Below, piece by piece: positions 10,458 to 19,512 of a stretch of DNA of 64,000 nucleotides. The notes beneath the pieces were generated by a model. It was not told the DNA's origin, did no database searches, and worked only from the letters and a program-made list of their open reading frames with translations. The stretch spans positions 1-64,000 of IMG/VR virus record IMGVR_UViG_3300047444_000299, one strand, 5' to 3'. Position 1 is the first letter of the stretch. Every line of letters begins with the position of its first letter. The stretch is from a virus. Taxonomy: Duplodnaviria > Heunggongvirae > Uroviricota > Caudoviricetes. The position numbers were made by a program, and so were the translations under genes.

Positions 10458-10789
10458 CCACACGAAGTCGTCTGGGGCCGATTGTAGATGAGCCCCGGAA
10501 AAAGTACCGGATCAAACTTGTACCCGGTGCTGATAAGTTGACGTTCAATCGCTTGGTGCGTTATGACCCGGTTGAAAACTATTATATCCCAATATATGAG
10601 ACGGTAACCATCCCAGATGGTGAAGTGATCGATTACTTCCTTACAGAAGACTCGGAATCAAATCCCGTGCATCTGTTCGCTCGTCAATTTGATACAAGGC
10701 TGTTTGTCTTGACTCAAGACGTGGTGGACGGTGCTGTACTGGAACCCGGTAAGGGTAATAACCAGCATTTATGGCTACAAGAAATTTAA
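10454..10789 (+). CDS. hypothetical protein
   Basis: 111 aa ORF, overlapping stop/start. Confidence 0.45.
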   Translation: MTTRSRLGPIVDEPRKKYRIKLVPGADKLTFNRLVRYDPVENYYIPIYETVTIPDGEVIDYFLTEDSESNPVHLFARQFDTRLFVLTQDVVDGAVLEPGKGNNQHLWLQEI

Positions 10790-10806
10790 TCAAATTCGGA
10801 GTTTGT

Positions 10807-11940
10807 ATGTCCACCAACCCATTCCAGCTTTATGATCAATTGATGCAATTGACCTTGATCGGTGATGCATTCTTCTTCAAAGACTTCCCAGCGGACGACC
10901 CGGAACGTATGTATCGGATCTTTAACTACCGACTGGCTAGCTATTCGGATTTCTGCAAACCCGGTGCGCTGGAATGTCGTGGAACGATGTTTCTGGTAGA
11001 TCGCAAAGGCAACTTTGACGATCTGGTTTGCCGACCACCGAAGAAATTTTTCAATCTGGGTGAAAACCCATTCACGATGGAATTGCCGCTGGATGATTTG
11101 GCAATGTGCATGGTCAAGGAAGACGGTTCGTTGATGTCTACCTACTTGCACACCAACGGCGAATTGCGTCTGAAATCGAAAGGTTCTACCGGATCGGTTC
11201 AATGTAATGATGCAATGGCGTTCCTCAAGACCCAACCGGCCCTGCTGGCGGATCTGCGGTTCCTCGCAGCCCGTGACTTTACGGTCAATCTGGAATGGTG
11301 CGCGCCGTGGAACCGTATCGTGGTTGGCTATCAGCAACCGAAACTGATCGGTCTGAGCATCATCGACAATCACACCGGTACTGTTTACGGACAAGACCTG
11401 ATTGATGATTTGGGTCTGGCTGGGGTTGACGATATCTGGGTTGAAGAATTCCAGTACACCGGCTTGTTGGCGGCTGCAATCAACAACCTGACAGGCACCG
11501 AAGGCGTTGTAGCCCTGACCAAACAAGGGGTTTACTTCAAAATGAAATGCCCGTGGTATCTGGCGTTGCACCGTAACAAGGACAACGTACAGAACACCAG
11601 AGCGTTGATCGAACTGATCCTTTCAGAACAGATTGATGACCTCAAGGTTCTGTTCTCGGACGACCCAGCGGTATTGAACAAAATCAATGCTTACGAAAAA
11701 AGTATCAGTTCTGTTTATAACCATACCTGTTCTGTGGTAGAATCATTTCATGACCGCAACAAGGATCTGTCTCAAAAAGACTACGCCATTGCTGCGAAGG
11801 CTGAATATTCCGATTGGGTGTTTAACATCCAAATGTCCAGATTTGTTGGGCGTGACTGGGAAACTCAGGCCAAAGAGTTCATGCAAAAGAACTATTCCAA
11901 TTATATCTTGAAAGAATTTGAGAGTTCGTCTGGTGAATAA
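10807..11940 (+). CDS. rnlA: RNA ligase 1 (T4 Rnl1 / gp63 family)
   Basis: strong similarity to T4 Rnl1 (YRIFNYRLASYSDFCKPGALECRGTMF, KFFNLGENPFTM, KEDGSL nucleotidyltransferase lysine motif); GGAG SD 7 nt upstream. Confidence 0.9.
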   Translation: MSTNPFQLYDQLMQLTLIGDAFFFKDFPADDPERMYRIFNYRLASYSDFCKPGALECRGTMFLVDRKGNFDDLVCRPPKKFFNLGENPFTMELPLDDLAMCMVKEDGSLMSTYLHTNGELRLKSKGSTGSVQCNDAMAFLKTQPALLADLRFLAARDFTVNLEWCAPWNRIVVGYQQPKLIGLSIIDNHTGTVYGQDLIDDLGLAGVDDIWVEEFQYTGLLAAAINNLTGTEGVVALTKQGVYFKMKCPWYLALHRNKDNVQNTRALIELILSEQIDDLKVLFSDDPAVLNKINAYEKSISSVYNHTCSVVESFHDRNKDLSQKDYAIAAKAEYSDWVFNIQMSRFVGRDWETQAKEFMQKNYSNYILKEFESSSGE

Positions 11941-12550
11941 ATTGATCGTCGGTGGCGGTATCTATGAAAAGGGTCGCCACGAAGCATGGGACGCTAAGAG
12001 TAAGCGGAACACCAAAGAATATGAAACTTGGTATGGGTTCCTCAAGCGGTGTTCGGCTGCCATCCAAGCCACTGGAAAATTCAAATCCTATGTGGGATGT
12101 TCGGTTCATCCAGATTTTATCAAATTCCAAGACTTCGCGGAATGGTGCCAACATCAAATCGGATTTGGTAATGACGGCTGGGCATTGGATAAGGATATTC
12201 TGGTGCGGGGTAACAAGGTCTACGGACCTGATACCTGTGTGTTTGTGCCATCGGAATTGAATAGTCTGTTGACCCATGTACAGTCAACCAAAGGGGATCT
12301 ACCAACCGGTGTTTCTATAAAACCTATACGGGTTCCGAAATACAAGACCGATTATGATAAAACCCCAGTTTACAAGGCTCAAATTATGATCAGTGGGGCG
12401 GTGACATTCCTTGGATATTTTGATACCCCAGAAGCCGCCGAAGCTGTTTATAAAGTGGCCAAAACCAAAGAAATTCGTAGACGGGCTGAACTTGTGAAAG
12501 ATCAAATTGACCCACGGGCGTATAACGCATTGATGAATTATGTAGTTTAA
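11933..12550 (+). CDS. homing-endonuclease-like protein (degenerate HNH-like core + AP2 DNA-binding domain)
   Basis: GIYEKG..YxxW...FQDFAEW..WALDKDIL..YGPDTCVFVPSELN core and C-terminal AP2-like YKAQIMISGAVTFLGYFDTPEAAEAVY; non-ATG start; paralog at 45811. Confidence 0.5.
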   Translation: MNKLIVGGGIYEKGRHEAWDAKSKRNTKEYETWYGFLKRCSAAIQATGKFKSYVGCSVHPDFIKFQDFAEWCQHQIGFGNDGWALDKDILVRGNKVYGPDTCVFVPSELNSLLTHVQSTKGDLPTGVSIKPIRVPKYKTDYDKTPVYKAQIMISGAVTFLGYFDTPEAAEAVYKVAKTKEIRRRAELVKDQIDPRAYNALMNYVV

Positions 12551-12558
12551 GGAATATT

Positions 12559-13425
12559 GTGAGTAAATTAGTATTGACAATCGGGGTTCCCGGAAGTGGG
12601 AAGTCTACCCTTGCGCATAAATTTGTGTCGCAAGGGTATGTACAGGTCGAGCGAGACTTGTTGCGTAAAAAGTTCTACGGAACTTGGTATTCAAAAGGTG
12701 TTGATGAAAAACGCATCACCCACGCTCATGAAGAATTAATTCGTAATGCTTTGCGTAGTAACCTGAATGTATTTGTATCAGATACAAACATCAATCCAGT
12801 TACCCGCGAACATTTGATCAAATTTGGATCTAGCCTTGGTGCTGAAATCCAGTTGATCCACGTTGCACCTTACATGCTGCTTGATGATTTGATCCAACGC
12901 AATGCAAATCGCGATGATCAAACTAAAGTGGTTCCTGTAGGTGTGATGCAGCAAATGTATACCAGTTATCGGGAACAGTTTCCGATCATGGCCCCGGCTT
13001 ATGATTCATTGAAACAAGATGCGTTCTTGTTTGATTTGGATGGTACGGTTGCGGAAATGAATGGGATTCGCGGACCATTTGATTGGAAAAAGGTTGGAAT
13101 GGACGATGCACATTCTGATGTGATTGAAGTCTTGAAAGCTCTTGAAGTTGCTGGTAACAAACTGATCGGTGTATCTGGTCGGGATGAAGTATGCCGAGCT
13201 GAAACTATGGAATGGTTGCTGAAACACAATCTCCCAGAACATGGGCTGTGTATGCGCCCAACCGGATCGCAAATCAAAGATTCTGCTGTAAAACATGATT
13301 TGTATCATCGTTACATCGCACCGTATTACAACGTAAAAGGTGTCTTTGATGATAGGACACAAGTTGTAAAAACGTGGCGTAGCATGGGACTCCGGTGTTA
13401 CCAATGTGCCCCCGGCGACTTTTGA
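12559..13425 (+). CDS. pseT: polynucleotide 5'-kinase/3'-phosphatase (T4 PseT family)
   Basis: P-loop GVPGSGKST, HAD phosphatase motif FLFDLDGTVAEMNG, C-terminal WRSMGLRCYQCAPGDF nearly identical in pattern to T4 Pnk. Confidence 0.9.
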   Translation: MSKLVLTIGVPGSGKSTLAHKFVSQGYVQVERDLLRKKFYGTWYSKGVDEKRITHAHEELIRNALRSNLNVFVSDTNINPVTREHLIKFGSSLGAEIQLIHVAPYMLLDDLIQRNANRDDQTKVVPVGVMQQMYTSYREQFPIMAPAYDSLKQDAFLFDLDGTVAEMNGIRGPFDWKKVGMDDAHSDVIEVLKALEVAGNKLIGVSGRDEVCRAETMEWLLKHNLPEHGLCMRPTGSQIKDSAVKHDLYHRYIAPYYNVKGVFDDRTQVVKTWRSMGLRCYQCAPGDF

Positions 13426-13450
13426 TAAAAATATTTTAGAAATTTGTTAG

Positions 13451-13492
13451 AAATCTCCTACTAGATCGCTAAATAGATATAGAAGGAGATTT
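13451..13492 (+). promoter_or_regulatory. stem-loop sequestering the RBS of the GIY-YIG gene
   Basis: 8-bp inverted repeat AAATCTCC...GGAGATTT; 3' arm contains the AAGGAG SD 8 nt before ATG 13496. Confidence 0.5.
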
Positions 13493-13495
13493 TTA

Positions 13496-14197
13496 ATGAA
13501 CGAACATTATTGCTTATATCAAATTACAAACCTAATCAACGGTAAGATTTATGTTGGCGTCCACAAGACTGCTGACCCGCTAGATGGATATTTAGGATCT
13601 GGCCCATTAATACGAAAGGCTGTCGCGAAATATGGTCGTGAAAATTTCAGAAAAGATATTCTGGAAACTTATGAGGATTATGAATCCTTAAATCGCGCAG
13701 AAGCTGAAATCGTAACCAGAGAATTTATTGAACGTCCTGATACATATAACCTTGATTTGGGTGGTCGTGGTGGGAAGATTTTTACCGAAGATATGAAATC
13801 AAAAATTTCACAGTCTCAAAAAGATAGGTTTAAATCGAACCCAGACGCATGGAACACAGACATACGCCGCGTGGCTCAACGTAAGTATTTGGATTCCTTA
13901 ACCAAAGAAGATTATATAAGGATGTTTAGCAAACCGGGTGAATCAAATCCTATGTATGGGATTCCATGTCATTACAAAATGACAGATTCTGAGCGAGCTA
14001 ATTGGGCTGCCAATATTTCCGCTGCCAATAAAGGCAAGAAGCGAACCGATGCGCAAAAACAGAATTATTCTGACTACGCCAAACAGCGTTTTTGGATTGT
14101 GAATCAAAATGGTACGTGCGCTCATTGTCTGGATATTAATGATCCACGATTACTGGGTGGTGAATGGCAACGTGGTAAAAAGTGGAAAACTGTATGA
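13496..14197 (+). CDS. GIY-YIG homing endonuclease (Seg/I-TevI-like) with NUMOD3 repeats
   Basis: N-terminal YCLYQITNLINGKIYVGVH...GYLGSG (GIY-YIG), NUMOD3-like SERANWAANISAANKGKK. Confidence 0.8.
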   Translation: MNEHYCLYQITNLINGKIYVGVHKTADPLDGYLGSGPLIRKAVAKYGRENFRKDILETYEDYESLNRAEAEIVTREFIERPDTYNLDLGGRGGKIFTEDMKSKISQSQKDRFKSNPDAWNTDIRRVAQRKYLDSLTKEDYIRMFSKPGESNPMYGIPCHYKMTDSERANWAANISAANKGKKRTDAQKQNYSDYAKQRFWIVNQNGTCAHCLDINDPRLLGGEWQRGKKWKTV

Positions 14198-14442
14198 CTG
14201 ATAAGAAATTGTTCCAATTGGTTGCTAAGACCAAGCCTCAAGAAAAGATGACCCCAGAAATGAAAGCGGCTCTTGATGAAATGTATCAAGAGATTCTTAC
14301 AGGGGATGTTGATTTCATTATGGCAACAGGGGATTCTAACGGCGAAGACCCAGTTGGTTTTATTACCAATCTGGATACTGCGGGATCTAACCTGATGCTT
14401 GATCAAATGAAATTGGGCATTCTCATGGGCCAGATTGATTGA
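14194..14442 (+). CDS. hypothetical protein
   Basis: ATGA overlap with endonuclease stop; 82 aa. Confidence 0.4.
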   Translation: MTDKKLFQLVAKTKPQEKMTPEMKAALDEMYQEILTGDVDFIMATGDSNGEDPVGFITNLDTAGSNLMLDQMKLGILMGQID

Positions 14443-14768
14443 GAACCCTAACCGTGATTTTTGATGTGGTGTCGGTTTCATCGCCGTTCACCTCGTCAAG
14501 AATTACTCGGTATTACCAAGATACCCCAGAATCGGTGTTTGATATTATTCATGATTACCTAAAACTGTTCTTCAAAAATACAGGAATTGGGTATGTGGAT
14601 ATCGGTATCCGAGCTGATAGGGGTGCTTTCTCGAAGACATCCATGCAGAGGATTCGAGATATTATTGTGGAAAAAATTCTTGGTTATGCCGATGGCGATT
14701 TACCACTAACACAACTTCAACAATCGTTGTTATTCGACCGGTTAGAATCTGGTCGTCCAAAGAAATAA
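14439..14768 (+). CDS. hypothetical protein
   Basis: 109 aa ORF, non-ATG start; weak. Confidence 0.3.
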   Translation: MRTLTVIFDVVSVSSPFTSSRITRYYQDTPESVFDIIHDYLKLFFKNTGIGYVDIGIRADRGAFSKTSMQRIRDIIVEKILGYADGDLPLTQLQQSLLFDRLESGRPKK

Positions 14769-14778
14769 AGGATCTATT

Positions 14779-15822
14779 GTGAGCGAATTTGTTAAATATT
14801 CTTCCATCGAAAACTCTTACCAGCAACGTTTCCTCGACAAATGCGCTATGCATGTCGGGGATGCACAGATGGTTGCGGTGGAGAAAATCCACGGTGCCAA
14901 CTTTTCGTGGATTGCTGACGGGACATCTGTTCGGGTAGCCAGTCGTAACGATTTGATCGATGAATTGGAAACCTTCTACGGCCATACCCGGTTCTTCAAT
15001 CGGTACACACCGGTTGTAAAAGCTCTGTATGGTCTGGCTAAGAACGAGTTCCCCGGATTGGTTCAAATCAATCTGTTCGGTGAAATTTTCGGTGGTCGGT
15101 ATAATGGCGAATGCGCTCAGTCTGCCAAGAAAGTTCAAGATGGTGTGAACTACCATCCTGATAACGAATTCATGGCATTTGACCTGAAACTGACATTCGA
15201 TACCGGTGTGAGCCGTTATGTTCCATTCGTGGACTTGATCGATCTGCTATTTGATGCAAACTTCATCGCTCGGTTGCCGTTCGCAGACCGTATGCGTCAT
15301 GCGCCGGTTATCAAAATTGGTACTCTGGAAGAACTGATCAAAATTGATCCATTGTTCTATACCCACGTACCACAAGCATACGGACTCGAAACTGAATACC
15401 GTGAAAAGACTCCACTTGACTACGCGGAAGGTTTTGTGATCTGCGGGTATGAAGAAGACTTCTACATCGGCAACGAGCGTGTGATTCTGAAACAGAAAAA
15501 CGCCTTGTACGGTGAAAAAGTTAAAGAAGTCAAGATCAAATCGGCGGTGAACCTGTCGGAAGCCCAACAAGCCCTGCTGGATAAGGTTTGTTCGTACATG
15601 AACGAGAACCGCGTAAATGCAGTTCTATCAAAAGGTGTGTATGACCAGAAGTCGTTCGGCAGGCTGCAAGGCGATTTCACCCGTGATGCACTGGAAGACT
15701 TCGAGAAAGACGAGGGCTACCGGGCACAGGACTCCGAAGAATGGAATGTTCTGGGTAAACGTGTCGGTTCCCATGCGGCTCAGGTAATCAAGCCGGTTTG
15801 GATCAATCTCGATTTTTCGTAA
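14779..15822 (+). CDS. rnlB: RNA ligase 2 (T4 Rnl2 / gp24.1 family)
   Basis: N-terminus KYSSIENSY..VAVEKIHGANFS matches the Rnl2 KxHGxN adenylyltransferase motif; GTG start. Confidence 0.85.
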   Translation: MSEFVKYSSIENSYQQRFLDKCAMHVGDAQMVAVEKIHGANFSWIADGTSVRVASRNDLIDELETFYGHTRFFNRYTPVVKALYGLAKNEFPGLVQINLFGEIFGGRYNGECAQSAKKVQDGVNYHPDNEFMAFDLKLTFDTGVSRYVPFVDLIDLLFDANFIARLPFADRMRHAPVIKIGTLEELIKIDPLFYTHVPQAYGLETEYREKTPLDYAEGFVICGYEEDFYIGNERVILKQKNALYGEKVKEVKIKSAVNLSEAQQALLDKVCSYMNENRVNAVLSKGVYDQKSFGRLQGDFTRDALEDFEKDEGYRAQDSEEWNVLGKRVGSHAAQVIKPVWINLDFS

Positions 15823-15867
15823 TTGATGTAATCCTCCTAGGTAAATATGTCTAGGAGGACATCACTA

Positions 15868-16353
15868 ATGTCAAATTTTGAAAAAGCAATTAAAATTGTT
15901 CTGGCCCATGAAGGTGGGTATGTCAACAATCCGGCTGATCCGGGTGGTGAAACCAATTTTGGGATTACCAAACGAACCTACCCGAATGTAGATATCAAGA
16001 ATCTAACGGTAGACGGTGCAAAAGCCATCTATCTACGCGATTGGTGGCAGCCGAATGGTTATGATTCCATCATTAACGACGACGCGGCAACCAAGATTTT
16101 TGATACCGCCGTCAACGTCGGCAGCAAACGAGCATATCGATTCGCACAACAAGCCATGAATAAACAGGGTAAAGGTCTACAGGAAGACGGGGTGTTTGGG
16201 GTAGCTTCTATTACCGCACTGAATGCTTCCGATCCTGTACGATTCCTAGCCGATTTCCGTTCGATTCAAGCTGATTACTATAAAGGACTGGTAGCGGCCA
16301 AGCCGTCTCTATCTGTTTTCCTACGCGGTTGGCTGGCTCGGGCACAATCTTAA
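15868..16353 (+). CDS. GH108-family lysozyme-like protein with peptidoglycan-binding domain
   Basis: AHEGGYVNNPADPGGETNFGITKRTY motif (GH108) and PG_binding_3-like C-terminus; GGAGG SD. Confidence 0.75.
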   Translation: MSNFEKAIKIVLAHEGGYVNNPADPGGETNFGITKRTYPNVDIKNLTVDGAKAIYLRDWWQPNGYDSIINDDAATKIFDTAVNVGSKRAYRFAQQAMNKQGKGLQEDGVFGVASITALNASDPVRFLADFRSIQADYYKGLVAAKPSLSVFLRGWLARAQS

Positions 16354-16360
16354 AATAATC

Positions 16361-16400
16361 GAAACAGAATGTTGACACCCGTGTTTCATTCTGTTTTAAT
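16361..16400 (+). promoter_or_regulatory. sigma70-like promoter (TTGACA-N17-TTTAAT) embedded in a 10-bp inverted repeat AAACAGAATG/CATTCTGTTT
   Basis: perfect 10-bp inverted repeat whose loop contains TTGACA; lies upstream of natV. Confidence 0.45.
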
Positions 16401-16424
16401 GGCCACACATTGAGGGGATCAAGC

Positions 16425-17495
16425 GTGAGCAAAGTTAAAAAGTACGACCTAGCGGTTTTTATCGGGCGAATGGCACCACTGCATAATGCCCATCTGGAAA
16501 ACATTCAATTGGCAGATTCGATTGCTGATCGCGTTGTTGTGATTCTCGGCGGTGCTAACGCTCCGCGTGATGAACGAAATCCATTCAGTAACCAAGACCG
16601 TTCTCGAATGGTCGAAGCTGCAACCAGTGAAGCCGGGATCAAAGGTGTTGGCCTAGCCTTCATCAATGACAACCCATCCGATGATTTGTGGGCCGCTGAA
16701 ATCATGCGTCTGGCAAATCGTTACATTATGGGCATAGAGGCTCCGCGAATCGCAATCGTTGGGCACAAGAAAGATGATAGTTCATTCTATCTCGATTTGT
16801 TCCCAACGTGGGAATTCGTAGAAACCGGCGCAAAGATGCATGGCGACGAAGAAATGGCGGCAACATCAATCCGCAAACTGATGTTTGAGGATAATTTCGA
16901 ACCTGCCATGTACATGATGCCAGCATCTGTATACAACTACGTCAATTACGAATTCATCGGCTCCCCAGAGTATGATGCAATCCGTGAAGAATACATGTTC
17001 CACCAAGCTTACCCAGCAAAACGCCGTGCGTCTTACCCGATCAACGACGTTACCGCTGATGCTGTTGTTCTGTGCAAAAGCCACATCCTGTTGATTCGCC
17101 GTAAAAACATTCCCGGTAAAGGCAAACTGGCCCTACCCGGTGGATTCGTCAACACCAACGAAACGGTTGAAGACGGCGCGATTCGTGAACTGGATGAAGA
17201 AACAAAACTGCATGTACCTGAAAAGGTGTTGCGCAAGTCGATCATTGACGAAAAGCGGTTCGATAATCCGAAACGTTCCCTTCGCGGTCGGCTGATGACC
17301 TTCGCATTTACTTTCAAGATTGATACAAATCATGACGGTAGCTTGCCACGGGTTTACGGTTCCGATGACGCTGATAAGGCGTTCTGGGTTCCAATCTCGG
17401 ATATCTCGGCCCCTGAAAACGCGGCTGACTTTTTCGAAGACCACCACAACATCATCATGACCATGATCGGTCGTGCTGCGAAACAACAAAACTAA
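16425..17495 (+). CDS. natV: bifunctional NMN adenylyltransferase / Nudix hydrolase (NatV-like)
   Basis: N-terminal cytidylyltransferase motif (LAVFIGRMAPLHNAH), C-terminal Nudix box (GGFVNTNETVEDGAIRELDEET); GTG start with GAGGGGA SD. Confidence 0.85.
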   Translation: MSKVKKYDLAVFIGRMAPLHNAHLENIQLADSIADRVVVILGGANAPRDERNPFSNQDRSRMVEAATSEAGIKGVGLAFINDNPSDDLWAAEIMRLANRYIMGIEAPRIAIVGHKKDDSSFYLDLFPTWEFVETGAKMHGDEEMAATSIRKLMFEDNFEPAMYMMPASVYNYVNYEFIGSPEYDAIREEYMFHQAYPAKRRASYPINDVTADAVVLCKSHILLIRRKNIPGKGKLALPGGFVNTNETVEDGAIRELDEETKLHVPEKVLRKSIIDEKRFDNPKRSLRGRLMTFAFTFKIDTNHDGSLPRVYGSDDADKAFWVPISDISAPENAADFFEDHHNIIMTMIGRAAKQQN

Positions 17496-17520
17496 TTCAA
17501 TTTTCGAGGAGTTCGAAAGA

Positions 17521-19014
17521 ATGACAGCTTTCAATACAGAGTTTAACAAAGACAACGCAATCCTGATGGATTTCAACCCGGATAACCTGATCCTGAAATC
17601 CGATTCATACAAAGGTGGTCACTGGGAAATGCTCCCGGCTGGCGCTCAGTACCTGTATTCCTACGGGGAATCGCGTGGATCTGATCAATACGCTGTACGT
17701 GGTGTCAACGAAGGTTACACCTACACAGTTTTCCACGGTCTGCAAGGTATTCTGAAACGTCACTTCTCTAGTCGCCTGACTATGAAAGATGTTGATGAAG
17801 CCGAAGAACTGGTAGAGCTGCATATGGGACCGGGCGTTTTCAACCGTAAAGGTTGGGAACAGATTGTTACCCAGTTCAAAGGTAAACTGCCACTGCGTAT
17901 CCGCTGCCTGAAAGAAGGTACGGTTGTTCCTACCGGCAACGTTCTGTGGACTGTTGAAAACACCCACCCGGACTTTGCATGGTTGGTTTCGTACTTCGAA
18001 CCGCTGTTCCTGCAAGCGTGGTATCCAATTACGGTTGCTTCTGTTTCGTACAGCATCCGTCAAGTGGTAGAACAAGCTTTCCGTCAGTCGGTTGACGAAG
18101 GTGTTGGTAGCCAATTCAAGCTTCACGATTTCGGCTATCGCGGTGTATCCAGTAACGAATCGGCCCGTATTGGTGGTGCTGCTCACTTGGTGGCCGGTTG
18201 GATGGGTAGCGATACCATTCAGGCTGTTATCGAACTGAAAATGCACTACGGCGTGAAGAAAGGCGAAATGCCTGCCTTCTCGGTTCGTGCAACGGAACAC
18301 AGTGTTGTGTGTGCAAACTCCAACGCTGACACCCGCGACGATTCCAACGCTCTGGAAATGGCGATCCAACTGCTGGAGAAACACAAGGGCATCGTAGCCT
18401 GTGTGGGTGATACCTATAGCATTCGCCGTTTCGCGGAATGGTGTGCAACCGATCCGATCAAAACCCGAATCATCAATTCCGGTGGTACGTTTGTACTGCG
18501 CCCAGACTCTGGCAACCCGCTGGAAATTCCGGTCGAAATCATCGGTATCCTGATGGCTGGGTTTGGTTACACCGTGAACAGCAAAGGCTACAAAGTCCTG
18601 CCGAGCTGCATCCGAGTTCTGCAAGGCGACGGTATCAACGAATCCAGCATTCGTGGCATCTACGACAATATGTTCAAAAAGTCGCGTATGTACTCTGCTG
18701 ATAACATCGTTTTCGGTATGGGCGGCGCCCTGCTGCAACACTGCGACCGTGATTGGCTCAAATTTGCCATGAAAGCGGCTGCACTGTGCAAAAACGGCAT
18801 CTGGACTGACCTGTTCAAAGACCCGGACACCGATTCAGTTAAACGGTCGAAGAAAGGTCGAGTGACCACGTTCAAAGATTCGAGTGGGAAATACTTCTCG
18901 GATCGTATCGAACTGCAAGAAACCAATCACACAATCGTTGACCAACTGGTTACGGTGTGGGAAGACGGCGACCACATTATGCAGTGGGCGTTTAGCGAAA
19001 TCCGCATCCCGTAA
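17521..19014 (+). CDS. nadV: nicotinamide phosphoribosyltransferase (NAMPT, NadV-like)
   Basis: NAMPT motifs (LKSDSYKGGHW, FGYRGVSS, GSDT); 498 aa; GAGGAG SD. Confidence 0.9.
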   Translation: MTAFNTEFNKDNAILMDFNPDNLILKSDSYKGGHWEMLPAGAQYLYSYGESRGSDQYAVRGVNEGYTYTVFHGLQGILKRHFSSRLTMKDVDEAEELVELHMGPGVFNRKGWEQIVTQFKGKLPLRIRCLKEGTVVPTGNVLWTVENTHPDFAWLVSYFEPLFLQAWYPITVASVSYSIRQVVEQAFRQSVDEGVGSQFKLHDFGYRGVSSNESARIGGAAHLVAGWMGSDTIQAVIELKMHYGVKKGEMPAFSVRATEHSVVCANSNADTRDDSNALEMAIQLLEKHKGIVACVGDTYSIRRFAEWCATDPIKTRIINSGGTFVLRPDSGNPLEIPVEIIGILMAGFGYTVNSKGYKVLPSCIRVLQGDGINESSIRGIYDNMFKKSRMYSADNIVFGMGGALLQHCDRDWLKFAMKAAALCKNGIWTDLFKDPDTDSVKRSKKGRVTTFKDSSGKYFSDRIELQETNHTIVDQLVTVWEDGDHIMQWAFSEIRIP

Positions 19015-19030
19015 TTGATGTAAATAAAAA

Positions 19031-19052
19031 GGAGCCGAAAGGCTCCTTTTTT
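19031..19052 (+). terminator. rho-independent terminator
   Basis: GGAGCC-GAAA-GGCTCC followed by TTTTTT. Confidence 0.8.
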
Positions 19053-19053
19053 G

Positions 19054-19082
19054 TTTAGAATGAATCGAAACTGTGATATGAT
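19054..19082 (+). promoter_or_regulatory. sigma70-like early promoter TTTAGA-N17-TATGAT
   Basis: matches the recurrent (ctg)TTTAGA-N17-TAtaAT pattern of this region. Confidence 0.5.
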
Positions 19083-19106
19083 TCTGTTTCTAATGAGGAA
19101 TTAAGA

Positions 19107-19307
19107 ATGTACGACGAAACCGATGACAGCCTCCCGTTCAACTCTAGTTCGGAATTCAACGAGCGTAAGTTTCAATTCATTTTGAACTACTGCCTTGCCG
19201 AACGTACCAGTGGTAATGGCTCAGACATGGGATATGCCCACAACCGAAACGATTTGGTTGAAGCTGCGAGTAGCTTGTATGAAAAAGCCCTCGAAATCTG
19301 TCAGTGA
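19107..19307 (+). CDS. hypothetical protein
   Basis: 66 aa ORF downstream of promoter. Confidence 0.4.
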   Translation: MYDETDDSLPFNSSSEFNERKFQFILNYCLAERTSGNGSDMGYAHNRNDLVEAASSLYEKALEICQ

Positions 19308-19320
19308 GCCTGACGGCTTG

Positions 19321-19512
19321 ATGGCTGGGAAGGTAATCAAAATCACCCCACACGTCCCATTTTACAAACAGAATGGGTGTTCTGTCACGAAAGAGTGGCA
19401 AGAAAACTTTACAGATCGAATCGGAAACAAAGCAATCCTGACTCATTGTGAGTACACGGATAAGAAAGGCAAAATTCATACCTGTGTTATCCGGGTAAAG
19501 TGGAGTAATTGA
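19321..19512 (+). CDS. hypothetical protein
   Basis: internal ATG chosen to avoid overlap; 63 aa. Confidence 0.3.
   Translation: MAGKVIKITPHVPFYKQNGCSVTKEWQENFTDRIGNKAILTHCEYTDKKGKIHTCVIRVKWSN

Noticed and set aside
10786-11571. 261-aa minus-strand ORF
   Set aside because: Antisense shadow of rnlA, which is supported by extensive similarity to T4 Rnl1.
17605-18741. 378-aa minus-strand ORF
   Set aside because: Antisense shadow of nadV, which has unambiguous NAMPT motifs.
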